In this document: positions 9,495-19,679 of the stretch, one piece after another | How the letters are laid out: every line of letters starts with the position of its first letter | How positions within the stretch are numbered: position 1 is the stretch's first letter | Origin: Candidatus Melainabacteria bacterium | GTDB taxonomy: Bacteria; Cyanobacteriota; Vampirovibrionia; Vampirovibrionales; JAJTHC01 | Length of the DNA: 64,000 nucleotides | Assembly: GCA_033763415.1 (NCBI GenBank) | Contig: JANRKP010000024.1 | Location: 2,587 to 66,586 of the forward strand | Reading direction: 5' to 3' | Made by a program: the position numbers and the translations under genes | Notes under the pieces: generated by a model | Told to the model about the DNA's origin: nothing | Database searches by the model: none | What the model saw: only the letters and a program-made list of their open reading frames with translations

Positions 9495-11762
9495 TTAGGA
9501 ATGGGCAACAGAGGGACGCAGCGGGGTCACCGCAGAAACAGGGGCAGGATTGGCCTCCTGTTGATACAGGTGATAATAAAAACCTTGCGCCGCCATTAAA
9601 TCCTCGTAACGACCCTGCTCGACAATGTGCCCATCGTGCAACACCAAGATCAGGTCCGCCAGTTGATGCGCAGGCTGAAAGTCGGTTACCAGCAAGCAGG
9701 TCCGTTCGCGATAACGGGTCATGAGTTGCTGCAACACAGCGCCTTTCAAGGCGGGCTCCAGGGCATTAATCGCCTCATCCAGGATGAGAATGGACGGATT
9801 TCTCAAAAACGTTCGCGCAAGGGAAATTCTGGCCGCCTGCCCACCCGACAGGTTGGTTCCAAGCGCCTCGACCGGGGTTTCAAACCCATTGGGCAAAGTG
9901 TAAACGTACTGGTCAAGCTGCGCCATTGAGGCGGCGTCTACAATGGCTTTCATCGGCGCGTTGGGGTAGCCCACCGCAATATTATCTCGAATGGTGCCAC
10001 TGAACATGGCGACCTTTTGCACCGCCACGCCCACGTGATCTCGCAGACTTTCAACATCCACGTCGCCGGTATTCACGCCGTCTACCAGGATGTAACCCTC
10101 CGTTGGCGAATAGAGCCGCTGAAGAAGACGAATTAAAGTGGTTTTACCCGCCCCGCTGCGTCCCGCCAAAATGACCTTTTGCCCCGGTTGAATGTGGCAG
10201 CTCACATGCTTGAGCACCATCGGCGCTTCGGGCGAATAACGAAAGCCCACATCCACCAGCTGAATATCGCCTTTCACCGAATCAAGCAGCACTTCACCAC
10301 CTGCGCCAAGCGCTGTGGCATCGGCATCTGCCTGCATCTGACGGAACTGCTCCAGCGAACCGAGCGATTCATTGAATTGGGCCAGGTTTTCCAGCAGCTT
10401 TTGCGCATTGCTGATAATCTGACGACTCAGCATATTAATGGCAATGTAAACCCCAAAGCTGATCACGCCCTCCAGCACGCGGTGGGCGCCAAAGTACAAG
10501 GTCACCAGCATACTCAGTAGGGCTAAAAATTGCTGCACATCAGCCATCTTCAAGCGATCAAAGCGTGGGCCGTAGCTTTTGGGCAACACCTCTTCCTTAA
10601 ATCGTTCGCGAATAGAACGCTTGATGTGCCCTTCCGCGTCCAAGGATTTCAACGTCTCGGCGTGCTCCAACACTTCCGAAAGGCGCAAGCGGTACTGACG
10701 CTGTTCTTTTTCAAAGGCCAAACTTTTTCGTTTTAAATTGGGCACCGACCAGAACATTTGAACGGCAATGGGCACCAGCGATAGCAGGGAAATCACCGCC
10801 AACTGAAAGTCCAGCATCAGCAGAAAGCCCACAATCACGGCAGAAAAAAGCATGTCCAGCGAAGTCATCAGCAGGGTTTGCCCCACCACCTGGTTCAGCC
10901 GCGTCAGTGTTCCAAAATGATCCGCCAGCAGGCGCGCCTTGTCCTTCAATGTATCTTTCAACTGAAGATGAAACAAACCATCTAAAAAGAGATCCACGGT
11001 TAAGCGGTCCACTTGGTTAACCACATAGCTGAGCACAAACACCCGCAAGTAGCGCACCAAAAACTGGAACGTCAGCACCAAAATCATGCCAATGGCCATC
11101 ACATCCAACGTGGCCAGGTTTTGGCGTCCAAACACCCGATCAAAAATAACCATGTAAAATAGCGGCACGGCCAGAGTAAACACCTGCGCCATAAAGGAGG
11201 CCATAAACATTTGAGTGCTAAACAGGCCATTGGCTAAAAACAGGCCCGCATACCAGCGCAGACTGAATGCATCGGGCTGATTGACGCTCCAGGTGCGCGG
11301 CTGCGGCAGAATACGCAACGTCCTAACCGCATCTGGATGCTCGCACTGATGTTGCTCGATTTCGGTGGTTTTAGGGCCGATTTGTGCGTGTAACGCAGCT
11401 CCCTGGCGTCGAGTGACCCAATAGGCTTCGGTACCCATTTGCACCACTCTGGGAAATGGCGCTTTCAGTAGCGCGTTCCAAGACAGCGTCTCGATTTTCG
11501 CTGAAAAACCCAGATCTTGAAGATGCTGAGCCAAGCTCTCCAAGGATTGAACGTCGCCCCGGGCCACATCCGCAAAACGATGGCCCCCGCGATGACGCAG
11601 TGCTTTTTGAACGTGCCGATAACATGCCTGCAAAACACTGTCCCACGAACCCACTGCCAGCGAGGAGTCCGGTAGCGACTGCGACGCGCTGAGGTGCTCT
11701 GGAGAACCAAAAGCCCGCGTTGTTTCTAGCGCGATGCCGTGGGCAGAATTTTTTGCAGCCAT
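9495..11762 (-). CDS. Type I secretion ABC transporter (HlyB-like, ATPase/permease), possibly with an N-terminal non-catalytic C39-like domain
   Basis: Walker A GRSGAGKTT, signature LSGGQ, Walker B ILILDEA, six-TM exporter core. About 150 aa lie N-terminal to the TMD with no catalytic Cys evident. Confidence 0.9.
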   Translation of the reverse strand: MAAKNSAHGIALETTRAFGSPEHLSASQSLPDSSLAVGSWDSVLQACYRHVQKALRHRGGHRFADVARGDVQSLESLAQHLQDLGFSAKIETLSWNALLKAPFPRVVQMGTEAYWVTRRQGAALHAQIGPKTTEIEQHQCEHPDAVRTLRILPQPRTWSVNQPDAFSLRWYAGLFLANGLFSTQMFMASFMAQVFTLAVPLFYMVIFDRVFGRQNLATLDVMAIGMILVLTFQFLVRYLRVFVLSYVVNQVDRLTVDLFLDGLFHLQLKDTLKDKARLLADHFGTLTRLNQVVGQTLLMTSLDMLFSAVIVGFLLMLDFQLAVISLLSLVPIAVQMFWSVPNLKRKSLAFEKEQRQYRLRLSEVLEHAETLKSLDAEGHIKRSIRERFKEEVLPKSYGPRFDRLKMADVQQFLALLSMLVTLYFGAHRVLEGVISFGVYIAINMLSRQIISNAQKLLENLAQFNESLGSLEQFRQMQADADATALGAGGEVLLDSVKGDIQLVDVGFRYSPEAPMVLKHVSCHIQPGQKVILAGRSGAGKTTLIRLLQRLYSPTEGYILVDGVNTGDVDVESLRDHVGVAVQKVAMFSGTIRDNIAVGYPNAPMKAIVDAASMAQLDQYVYTLPNGFETPVEALGTNLSGGQAARISLARTFLRNPSILILDEAINALEPALKGAVLQQLMTRYRERTCLLVTDFQPAHQLADLILVLHDGHIVEQGRYEDLMAAQGFYYHLYQQEANPAPVSAVTPLRPSVAHS

Positions 11763-12607
11763 GTGTGTTTTGCCTTCTTACTACTGACATCCGATTGCGA
11801 CAGTCGAGCCACTTGCGCCCGTTCTGGCAACGCACAATCGTTAACGCGTTTTTCCAAAGAGACGGTGGCCAAAGCCATTTGCCGTTGCAGCCATTGATCA
11901 AAGAGTTGATCTCGAATTTTGGAAGACAGCGCCTGGGTCAACGTCATTTGCTCCAGACGGTAAAGCCTGGTCATTAACCACTTTCCGGGCTGGACGCTAA
12001 ACGGACTGGACACCTGACCAGGCGTCAGCGCCAGTAAGCGCTCTCGAAAAGCAGGATGCAAACTCAACACGGTCACCGGGCCAATCATACCGCCCTGGTC
12101 TGCGTTATAGCCTTTTGAATGGCTTAGCGCAAGCTGGTAAAAATCCTGGTGCTGCTCCGTAAGCTGCACAAACAACTGTTGCGCCAACGCCGATTCCGTC
12201 ACCATGATGGCGCCAAAAATAACCCGATCATAACCCGCCTTTTGAGACAGAAAACGCTCTTGAACTGCGGCATCTGGAATAACCACCCGCTTTAGACGGT
12301 TCAGGGCTTCTTTTTGAGCCAAATCCGAACGAAAAGACTCAACCGTATGGTGCTTTCGGCGCAACCACTGCTCAAACGCCTCTGCCGTGGTTAAACGGTG
12401 CTTCTTGCAGATGGCATGCATCCGTTGCTCGGCAAGGCTCCAGTCGGGATAAATACCGTATTCATCTAGCTTTTTTGCTAAAAAGAGCGGCTTGGCAATG
12501 CCCATCTCAACAGAGGCCAGCAAATGACGCTCCTCTAACTGAGACAGCGCCGTCTCTAACGGGGACCACTCGTCCCACAAACGAAGAAAGTATGAATTCT
12601 CTTGCAC
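11726..12607 (-). CDS. Parvulin (PpiC)-type PPIase-domain protein, SurA/PrsA-like, putative chaperone
   Basis: C-terminal segment DQGGMIGPVTVLSLHPAFRERLLALTPGQVSSPFSVQPGKWLM resembles the parvulin fold consensus (GGdlGwf...l.pGe.S.pv.t..G.hii). Its 3' end overlaps the start of the ABC gene by about 37 bp. Confidence 0.45.
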   Translation of the reverse strand: MQENSYFLRLWDEWSPLETALSQLEERHLLASVEMGIAKPLFLAKKLDEYGIYPDWSLAEQRMHAICKKHRLTTAEAFEQWLRRKHHTVESFRSDLAQKEALNRLKRVVIPDAAVQERFLSQKAGYDRVIFGAIMVTESALAQQLFVQLTEQHQDFYQLALSHSKGYNADQGGMIGPVTVLSLHPAFRERLLALTPGQVSSPFSVQPGKWLMTRLYRLEQMTLTQALSSKIRDQLFDQWLQRQMALATVSLEKRVNDCALPERAQVARLSQSDVSSKKAKHTWLQKILPTASR

Positions 12608-12912
12608 GGTGCGTGAACTATTCCTTTAGTGAGCGCGAGGGAGCGGATTACCGACTGGCTGCATCAAGGACTGTGTTTTTTCCAAAGTGGAGAGCCCTTT
12701 AATCATCCATAAAAAATCGCAGACGTCAAAATTGCGTTGATATTTGACACCTTGGTTGGTAACAAAAGAGGGTCGAACATTTACAAACAAAGTATACAAT
12801 CTGCAGATCCAGGACTTAAAAGACAACACTCCTGGAGCCCAAAGCGGAGAACCAGGAGTGTTGAAAAGAAGTGCTCTTACAGCGTTAGCTAAAACACTGT
12901 ACCAGCATTGAC

Positions 12913-15900
12913 TTAGCCGAGGGTGAAGGTTTCGCCGCCGACAATGTCTGTGTTTTCTAGAACGATGGCGCTACCGCCGTCATCCAGAATGATGTGCTCA
13001 ACCGTGTTGTCGATCACGCTGATGGTATTACCAGTGCCATCGAAGGTCACCAGCAAGTCATCGGCAAACGTGTCGCCATCGGCATCCACGAAGGAGAAGC
13101 TGACATCGCCAGTGTAGTTGTTGATGAACAGAATGTCATCGCCACCGGCCGTATCAGTAATGGTCTGCTCAAAGTTGTTCAGTGAGCCACCGGAGAACTC
13201 GTACCAGTAGGCATCGTTTCCGGCTTCACCGTTCAACTCATCGTCACCATTGCTGGCCACGAACAGATCGAAGATGCCGTCGCCACCGTTAATGGTGTCG
13301 TCGCCATTGCCACCAAACAGGATGTCGGAGCCTTCGCCACCATTCAACAGGTCGTTGCCAGAGCCACCATCTAGGATGTCAGAGCCTTCGCCACCGTTGA
13401 TGGTGTCGTTGCCAGCGCCACCGTTGAGGTAGTCATCGCCTGCATCTCCGTTGATGGAATCCGCACCGCCGTTGCCCAGAACGATGTCGTTGTCAGCGCC
13501 ACCAAAGATGATGTCGCCGTCCACACCGCCGTGAATGGTGTCGTTGCCTTCACCACCGAGGATGGAATCGTTACCACCGTTACCGAAGATGAGATCATCG
13601 CCGGAATCACCCAGAATGGTATCATCGCCAGCTTCGCCGTAGATGCTGTCGTTGCCAGCGCCGCCTTCGATCGAATCGGCACCTGAGCCACCTTCGATGA
13701 AGTCATTGCCGTCACCACCCAGGATGGTGTCGTTGCCAGCACCACCGTCGATGGAATCATCGCCAGTGCCGCCCAGCAAGGAATCCTGGCCGTCTTCACC
13801 GATGATGGTATCGTTGCCAGCGCCACCGTCTACGGTGTCGTTGCCATCGGCTTGAGGAATGCCGATACCGTTATCAGAGTTGATGAAGTCGTTGCCGTCG
13901 CCACCAAAAATGGAGTCGTTGCCCGCTTCACCGTAAATGGTGTCGTTGCCTTCGCCACCCAGAATGGTGTCATCGCCAAAGTGACCCAGGATGTAGTCAT
14001 TGTCCAGGCCACCGTCGATGAAGTCGTTGCCGGTCCAGCCATCAATGGTATCGTTGCCACTGCCGCCGAGCAGAGAATCGCCAGCGTCATTACCCGTACC
14101 ACCATTGATGTAGTCGTTGCCAGCGCCACCCAGAATGGTATCGCTGCCTTCGCCACCCAGTAGGCTATCGTTGCCGTCTTCGCCCAGGATGGAGTCATCG
14201 CCAGCGCCACCGTCTACAGTGTCGTTGCCATCGGCTTCAGGAATACCGATACCGCTATCAGAGTTGATGATATCGTTGCCGTCACCACCCAGAATGGAAT
14301 CATCGCCCGCTTCACCGAAGATGGTGTCGTTGCCGGTTCCACCCAAAATGGTGTCATTGCCGAAGTGGGCCAGAATGTAGTCGTTATCGGCGCCACCATC
14401 AATGCTGTCGTTGCCGAACCAGCCATCAATGGTGTCGTTGCCGTTACCACCTAACAGAACGTCTCCGGCATCATCATCACCAGTACCACCGTTGATGTAA
14501 TCGTTGCCGTCGCCACCGTCAATGGTGTCGCTGCCCAGACCACCGTAAATGGTGTCGTTGCCATCTTCACCAAAGATGGAATCATCGCCACCTTCGCCAA
14601 AGATATTGTCGTTGCCGGTTCCGCCAAAGATGGTGTCGTTGCCTTCGCCGCTGTCACCATAGATGGTATCGTTGCCAGCGCCACCGAGGATGGAGTCGTC
14701 ATCATCACCACCGTGGATGAAATCGTTGCCGTCTTCACCAAGGATCGTGTCGTTGCCAGCGCCACCGTCTACAGTGTCGTTGCCATCGGCTTCAGGAATG
14801 CCGATACCGCTGTCAGAATTGATGAAGTCGTTGCCGTCGCCACCGTCGATGGAGTCGTTGCCCGCTTCACCGAAAATGGTGTCGTTGCCAGCGCCACCCA
14901 GAATGGTGTCATCACCAAAGTGGGCCAGAATGTAGTCGTTATCGGCGCCACCATCAATGCTGTCGTTACCGAACCAGCCATCAATGGTATCGTTGCCGTT
15001 ACCGCCTAACAGAACGTCTCCATCGTCGGCATTTCCGGTACCGCCATTGATGTAGTCGTTGCCGTCGCCACCGTCAATGGTGTCGCTGCCCAAACCACCG
15101 TAAATGGAATCATTACCGGCATCGCCGAAGATGGAATCATCGCCGTCGTCGCCGAAAATGGTATCGTTGCCTTCGCCACCAAACACGGTATCGTTGCCGT
15201 TACCGCCAGAGATGGAATCGTTACCGGCGTTACCAACGATAGAGTCGTCATCGTCGCCACCAAAGATGGTATCGTTGCCAGCGCCACCAATAATGGTATC
15301 GTTGCCAGCGCCGCCCAGCAGGCTATCGTTGCCCGTGCCAGCGCCACCAAACACCTGAATGTCATCGCCGTTGATGAGATCGTTACCGTCACCACCGTCG
15401 ATGGTGTCGTTGCCTTGCTCACCAAAGAGGTTATCGTTACCGGCACCGCCCAAAATGGAATCGTTGCCTTCGTAGCCCCAAACGGTATCGTTGCCAGCGC
15501 CACCCAATACGGTGTCGTTACCGGTCCAGGCATCGATAAAGTCGTTACCGTTGCCGAGGTTGGCGTAATCATCGCCAGCGCCACCGTTCACGTTATCGTT
15601 GCCATCCAAGCTGAAGATCACATCATTGCCGTCGCCGCCATTGATGGTGTCGTTCAGGTTGCCGCCAAAAATGTAGTCTTGGCCGTCGCTTCCAAGAATG
15701 GAGTCGCCGCCTTCAACACCCATCAGGATGTCATCGCCGCCGAGACCATTGATGGAGTCGTTACCGGCGCCACCCCAAATGAAATCGTTGGCCGAAGAGC
15801 CAACCAGGTTGTCGTTACCAGACGTACCAAAGGTTCCCAGTGCAAATGCCTGAGATAACAGCGACAGAACACCTGCGTCTGCGCTGTAGAGGAGGGTTAA

Positions 15901-15927
15901 GAAAGAACTAAGAGCTGGAAATGCCAT
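12913..15927 (-). CDS. RTX (hemolysin-type calcium-binding nonapeptide repeat) protein, 1004 aa, predicted T1SS substrate
   Basis: Dozens of GGxGxDxUx repeats (GGAGNDTIFG, GGDGNDYING...). Repeat-free C-terminal region of about 110 aa, acidic and Gly-rich, typical of a T1SS secretion signal. Located directly upstream of the T1SS genes. Confidence 0.9.
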   Translation of the reverse strand: MAFPALSSFLTLLYSADAGVLSLLSQAFALGTFGTSGNDNLVGSSANDFIWGGAGNDSINGLGGDDILMGVEGGDSILGSDGQDYIFGGNLNDTINGGDGNDVIFSLDGNDNVNGGAGDDYANLGNGNDFIDAWTGNDTVLGGAGNDTVWGYEGNDSILGGAGNDNLFGEQGNDTIDGGDGNDLINGDDIQVFGGAGTGNDSLLGGAGNDTIIGGAGNDTIFGGDDDDSIVGNAGNDSISGGNGNDTVFGGEGNDTIFGDDGDDSIFGDAGNDSIYGGLGSDTIDGGDGNDYINGGTGNADDGDVLLGGNGNDTIDGWFGNDSIDGGADNDYILAHFGDDTILGGAGNDTIFGEAGNDSIDGGDGNDFINSDSGIGIPEADGNDTVDGGAGNDTILGEDGNDFIHGGDDDDSILGGAGNDTIYGDSGEGNDTIFGGTGNDNIFGEGGDDSIFGEDGNDTIYGGLGSDTIDGGDGNDYINGGTGDDDAGDVLLGGNGNDTIDGWFGNDSIDGGADNDYILAHFGNDTILGGTGNDTIFGEAGDDSILGGDGNDIINSDSGIGIPEADGNDTVDGGAGDDSILGEDGNDSLLGGEGSDTILGGAGNDYINGGTGNDAGDSLLGGSGNDTIDGWTGNDFIDGGLDNDYILGHFGDDTILGGEGNDTIYGEAGNDSIFGGDGNDFINSDNGIGIPQADGNDTVDGGAGNDTIIGEDGQDSLLGGTGDDSIDGGAGNDTILGGDGNDFIEGGSGADSIEGGAGNDSIYGEAGDDTILGDSGDDLIFGNGGNDSILGGEGNDTIHGGVDGDIIFGGADNDIVLGNGGADSINGDAGDDYLNGGAGNDTINGGEGSDILDGGSGNDLLNGGEGSDILFGGNGDDTINGGDGIFDLFVASNGDDELNGEAGNDAYWYEFSGGSLNNFEQTITDTAGGDDILFINNYTGDVSFSFVDADGDTFADDLLVTFDGTGNTISVIDNTVEHIILDDGGSAIVLENTDIVGGETFTLG
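13400..15350. repeat. Long imperfect tandem super-repeats inside the RTX gene, units of about 384 and 555 bp
   Basis: Near-identical DNA blocks (ggcttcaggaatgccgataccgctatcagagttgatga...) recur at about 13849, 14233 and 14788. Protein-level blocks of 128 to 185 aa are repeated three times. Confidence 0.8.
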
Positions 15928-16534
15928 TTCGTTTCGTAACTCCCGAAGCTAGCTTCATTCGTATTACATAGTTATCTGGCAGCGGTGTAAACAGTATTGG
16001 AACCACGGTCGCCACGTTACCGGACAAAGAAATTTGGCCAAGTTGTTGTTCGAGGGGGATCCCAGTGTAAAACCAGCGGCTGCAGATTTCCTGGTTGAGG
16101 AGACAGTTCGCTGGCAAGGGACACACCTGCCAGATTGCCTCAACGCTAACACATCAGGCCAGCATTTCAATGAAAACTTTGATGCGAATTTGAAACAGAA
16201 TTCAGTCAAAGCCTTTCGCCAAAAACAGAGGCTGGCACTAAAAAAACGCCGCTTCCAAATGGTTTTCCATTGTGGCGAATGAGCCGAGTGTGACACAGTG
16301 GGTGTGACACTTTTTTTTCATTGTTAGGGCATGGCACTGGATGACTATCGGGGGTCGGATGATGCGCGTTGCCTGGAATTCTTTAACCGCCGTTTGGAAG
16401 CAGCGCTTTCGTGTTTTTGTTAAAATCTCATGCCGGTCCCAAATCAGCACAGACTTCCCCTCCCTATTCGGTCTGTATCCACACGCTCATCAACAGCTTA
16501 TGGCTGACACCGCACCCTACAAAACAACACAGGA

Positions 16535-17419
16535 TTGTTGGCAATGAAAATTTTAATAACCATGGCCCATTTCTACCGTTTTCAGCCAGGCGCGGGTTAT
16601 GGTTCATCCCATGCGTCAGCAAAAAGAAGGATACAGTCGCTTGCACAAGCCATTTTGGCGTTTCATCAACACTTTGGACCCCACCAGGCAGAACTTAACC
16701 ACGCCCAGCGTCTTGCGAACCCGGTCAATCAAGCGCATCAGCACGAGATTAAAATCGTCATCTGGACGGATGGCAAACACCACCTGCTGGATCAACTCCC
16801 ACTCAGCCAGAATCTCTACGAACACCGGATTTGGCACGGAGACCCCAAAGCCCTGGGTTTTGCCTGCCAGGGCTTTTTGGGAGAATGCGCGGGCGATTAC
16901 GATTACTATGGCTTTATCGAAGATGATCTGGTCATTCAGGATGCCTGGTTTTTTGAGAAGCTGCGCCGCTTCAACGCCCTGGTAGCGCCCGATACACTGT
17001 TGCAGCCCAACCGGTTTGAGCTGTCCAGCCAAGGCCCCGTCTATAAATTTTACATCGATGGCCCGCTACACGAGCGCGCCAGTGAGCCCTTCCAAAATCG
17101 CCAAGAAAAAACGCACCTTCAGGCAAAAATAATGGGACAGCCCCTTCAATTTTATCGCCCCAGCAACCCACACGCAGGCTGCTACTTTTTAAACCAAGCG
17201 CAACTTCGGCACTGGATGGCCCATCCAGTTTTCCTCCAACAGGCGCCCGTGTTTATTGGCCCACTGGAAACAGCCGCAACCATGGGCATTATGCGCGCGT
17301 TTCGGGTGTACAAACCGCACCCAAGCAACGCCCACTTTCTGGAATTGTTGCACGCCTGCCCGAGTTTTATTCACCAGGTAGGACAAGTCATCCAGCAGCC
17401 AGAAGGCGCAACCACCTGA
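16535..17419 (+). CDS. hypothetical protein (294 aa), neighbour of rmlC
   Basis: Intact ORF with no confident family. The start may be the ATG at 16544. Confidence 0.4.
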   Translation: MLAMKILITMAHFYRFQPGAGYGSSHASAKRRIQSLAQAILAFHQHFGPHQAELNHAQRLANPVNQAHQHEIKIVIWTDGKHHLLDQLPLSQNLYEHRIWHGDPKALGFACQGFLGECAGDYDYYGFIEDDLVIQDAWFFEKLRRFNALVAPDTLLQPNRFELSSQGPVYKFYIDGPLHERASEPFQNRQEKTHLQAKIMGQPLQFYRPSNPHAGCYFLNQAQLRHWMAHPVFLQQAPVFIGPLETAATMGIMRAFRVYKPHPSNAHFLELLHACPSFIHQVGQVIQQPEGATT

Positions 17420-17961
17420 AAAAAATTATTGGGCGCTTCGGCAAAACCGGGCAAATGCTGGTCTTTTTCAGAGACGATGGGACAATCCACGCCCCATTCA
17501 ATGGCCAGAGTGGCGTCGTCCCAACGGATACCGGCTTCTAAATGCGGAGCATACTCTCCCGTGGTTTTGTAGTGCACCAGCGCTTGCTCACTGAGCACGA
17601 CAAATCCATGCGCAAAGCCCGGCGGCACATACAACATGGCGTGCGCCCGGTCATCCAGTCGAGCCGAAACCCAACGCCCATAGCTAGGCGAATCCACCCG
17701 AATATCGACAGCAACATCCAAAATTTCGCCCACCGCACAGTGCACCAGCTTGCCTTGCGCCGCCGGATTCAACTGGTAATGGAGCCCGCGAAGCACATTT
17801 TTACGAGACCACGACATGTTGTCTTGCACAAAATGGGGCAAAGACGCGTGTTGCTCAAACACGCTTTGACGGTAGCTTTCTAAAAAATAACCGCGTTCAT
17901 CTTCAAAGACGCGCGGCGTCATTAGTAAAACCTCAGGAATGGCCAGTGGCGTAAACTGCAC
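17371..17961 (-). CDS. rmlC: dTDP-4-dehydrorhamnose 3,5-epimerase
   Basis: RmlC cupin motifs RGLHYQ, KLVHCAVGEILDVAVDIR and LYVPPGFAHGF. Length 196 aa. Confidence 0.9.
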   Translation of the reverse strand: MQFTPLAIPEVLLMTPRVFEDERGYFLESYRQSVFEQHASLPHFVQDNMSWSRKNVLRGLHYQLNPAAQGKLVHCAVGEILDVAVDIRVDSPSYGRWVSARLDDRAHAMLYVPPGFAHGFVVLSEQALVHYKTTGEYAPHLEAGIRWDDATLAIEWGVDCPIVSEKDQHLPGFAEAPNNFFQVVAPSGCWMTCPTW

Positions 17962-18010
17962 GGGGACGACGGCGCTCCTTACAATAAATGACTAACACCA
18001 CATGAAACCA

Positions 18011-19069
18011 CTACAACGTAGCCAGTGCCGCCTGACGCAACTGCTGGTAGAGAGCAATTTCTGCCGCCGAAGGAGCTTCCGGCAAAAGCGCCTGCACTTT
18101 AACCAGCAAGTCTCCTGCCACAGCACCTGATAGCGCGATACCGTGCCCACGAAGGCGAAATCGCTTTCCGGCCTGCGTATTCGGGGGAATTGTCAGCGTC
18201 ATTGCGCCAGAACGAAGGGTGGGCACCGCAATCTCCGTACCCAGCACCAGATCGTAGACCGGCACCTGGGCCTCGTACAGCAAATGAGTGCCTTCCACCT
18301 GAAAATGCGGGTGAGGCTGGTAACGAACCACCAGGTAAGCATTTCCGGTTTGCCCGCTGGCGGCCGTCTGCCCCTCTCCGGCCAAACGAATCTTCTTACC
18401 AGGCGCCATGCCCTTGGGAACCCGCACCTGAACGGATTTGCCTGAGTGCTGGAGGTGAACCGTCTTGAGGGTATCGGTGGCTATTTCTTCCAGGGTCAGC
18501 AAAAGCGGCTGTTCCACATCCAGGTTTGCCGCCGCCGAAGCAGAGCCGGACGATGTTCTGCTACTTTGGCTGGTGTGGGTGTATTGCGTTTGCGTTCGGC
18601 GGCCCCCGCCAGGGACAGACTGCTCGTATTGGCTGTAGGTGTACCCTCCGCTACCACCCGGGCCACTGCCGCCCGGTGCGGTGTTCGCTCGCGAGCCCAT
18701 GGCGCCAAACAGCAGATCAAAAAAGTCGGAAAAACCACCGCCCGCATTGCCAAAACCACCGGGCGCGGGCCCAGCGCCTCGCCCGCGAAACTGCTCAAAC
18801 AAACTGCCCAGATCATCAAAACCAGGCGGAGGCTCAAAGCCGGAACCGTGACTCCAGTTACTACCCAGGCTATCGTAACGGCGGCGTTTTTCCGGGTCGC
18901 CCAGTACTTCGTAAGCCTCGTTAATTTCTTTAAACTGATCCGCACCCGCCGGGTTCACATCCGGGTGATACTTGCGGGCCAGTTTTCGGTAAGCCGCCTT
19001 GATTTCCTTTTCGGAAGCGGTTCGGCTGACGCCTAAAATCTTGTAATAATCTTTGTAACGAACCGACAT
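18011..19069 (-). CDS. J-domain protein of DnaJ class II / CbpA type (no zinc finger)
   Basis: N-terminal J domain (YYKILGV...HPD). G/F-rich region. C-terminal DnaJ substrate-binding domains. No CxxCxGxG repeats. Confidence 0.8.
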   Translation of the reverse strand: MSVRYKDYYKILGVSRTASEKEIKAAYRKLARKYHPDVNPAGADQFKEINEAYEVLGDPEKRRRYDSLGSNWSHGSGFEPPPGFDDLGSLFEQFRGRGAGPAPGGFGNAGGGFSDFFDLLFGAMGSRANTAPGGSGPGGSGGYTYSQYEQSVPGGGRRTQTQYTHTSQSSRTSSGSASAAANLDVEQPLLLTLEEIATDTLKTVHLQHSGKSVQVRVPKGMAPGKKIRLAGEGQTAASGQTGNAYLVVRYQPHPHFQVEGTHLLYEAQVPVYDLVLGTEIAVPTLRSGAMTLTIPPNTQAGKRFRLRGHGIALSGAVAGDLLVKVQALLPEAPSAAEIALYQQLRQAALATL

Positions 19070-19679
19070 AAAATGCCAACAGTGACCCTTCACACGCTAC
19101 TTTATGACAGACGCCCGGCCATAACCCTGGTTAAGAACAGGCTCGGCCCGCACCGTTTTGGCATCGCTTCGGTTTAGCAAGAAAAAACCGCAAAGCCCAA
19201 ACGCATGGTTATTATACAGAGAAACCACACGGATACCCATCCCCCCCCTGTGGGCAAAAGCGCCCACGGAGAAAAGGCCTCCCTCCTCCAAGAAAAATGG
19301 TTCCTGCGTTTTAAGACGGTTCGTTAAAGCTTTCGTTGGACTGGGGTTGTTAGACTGGAGTTGTTAGACTGGGTTTATTAAACTGGATTGGTTGGACTTG
19401 ATCCAGGAGGTTGATCCACACTATAAATAGAAGCGTCGGTAAAAACGGCTGATCCGCAGAATATTGCAGCGGCGGCTGCCTACTTGCGCTCTGGGTTCTG
19501 TTTCTGGGGTTTTTCTGCAAAATCCAAAGCAGGCCGTAAAAGAAGCAGACCGTAACAACAGTCCGACTTCTGGCAATTTCAGCCCAGCTCATTTCGTAAA
19601 CCACCGCGCAACGGGACTTGCCCTTTGCTTGAGGTTTTAGTCTTGAGGTTTCGAGCCCACAGGAAATGCAGTTTGTGGT

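Noticed and set aside
9627-10736. Several plus-strand ORFs of 60 to 113 aa inside the T1SS ABC gene
   Set aside because: They are antisense to a gene with canonical Walker and signature motifs. They are typical high-GC antisense open frames.
12923-15858. Many 60 to 190-aa ORFs on the plus strand inside the RTX gene, Pro/Ser-rich or Val/Ala/Thr-rich (for example 13250..13432, 14117..14380, 15415..15858)
   Set aside because: They are reverse-strand and frame-shifted shadows of the GGT/GAC-rich nonapeptide repeat DNA. Their periodic low-complexity composition mirrors the repeat unit, and they are nested entirely within a strongly supported 1004-aa gene.
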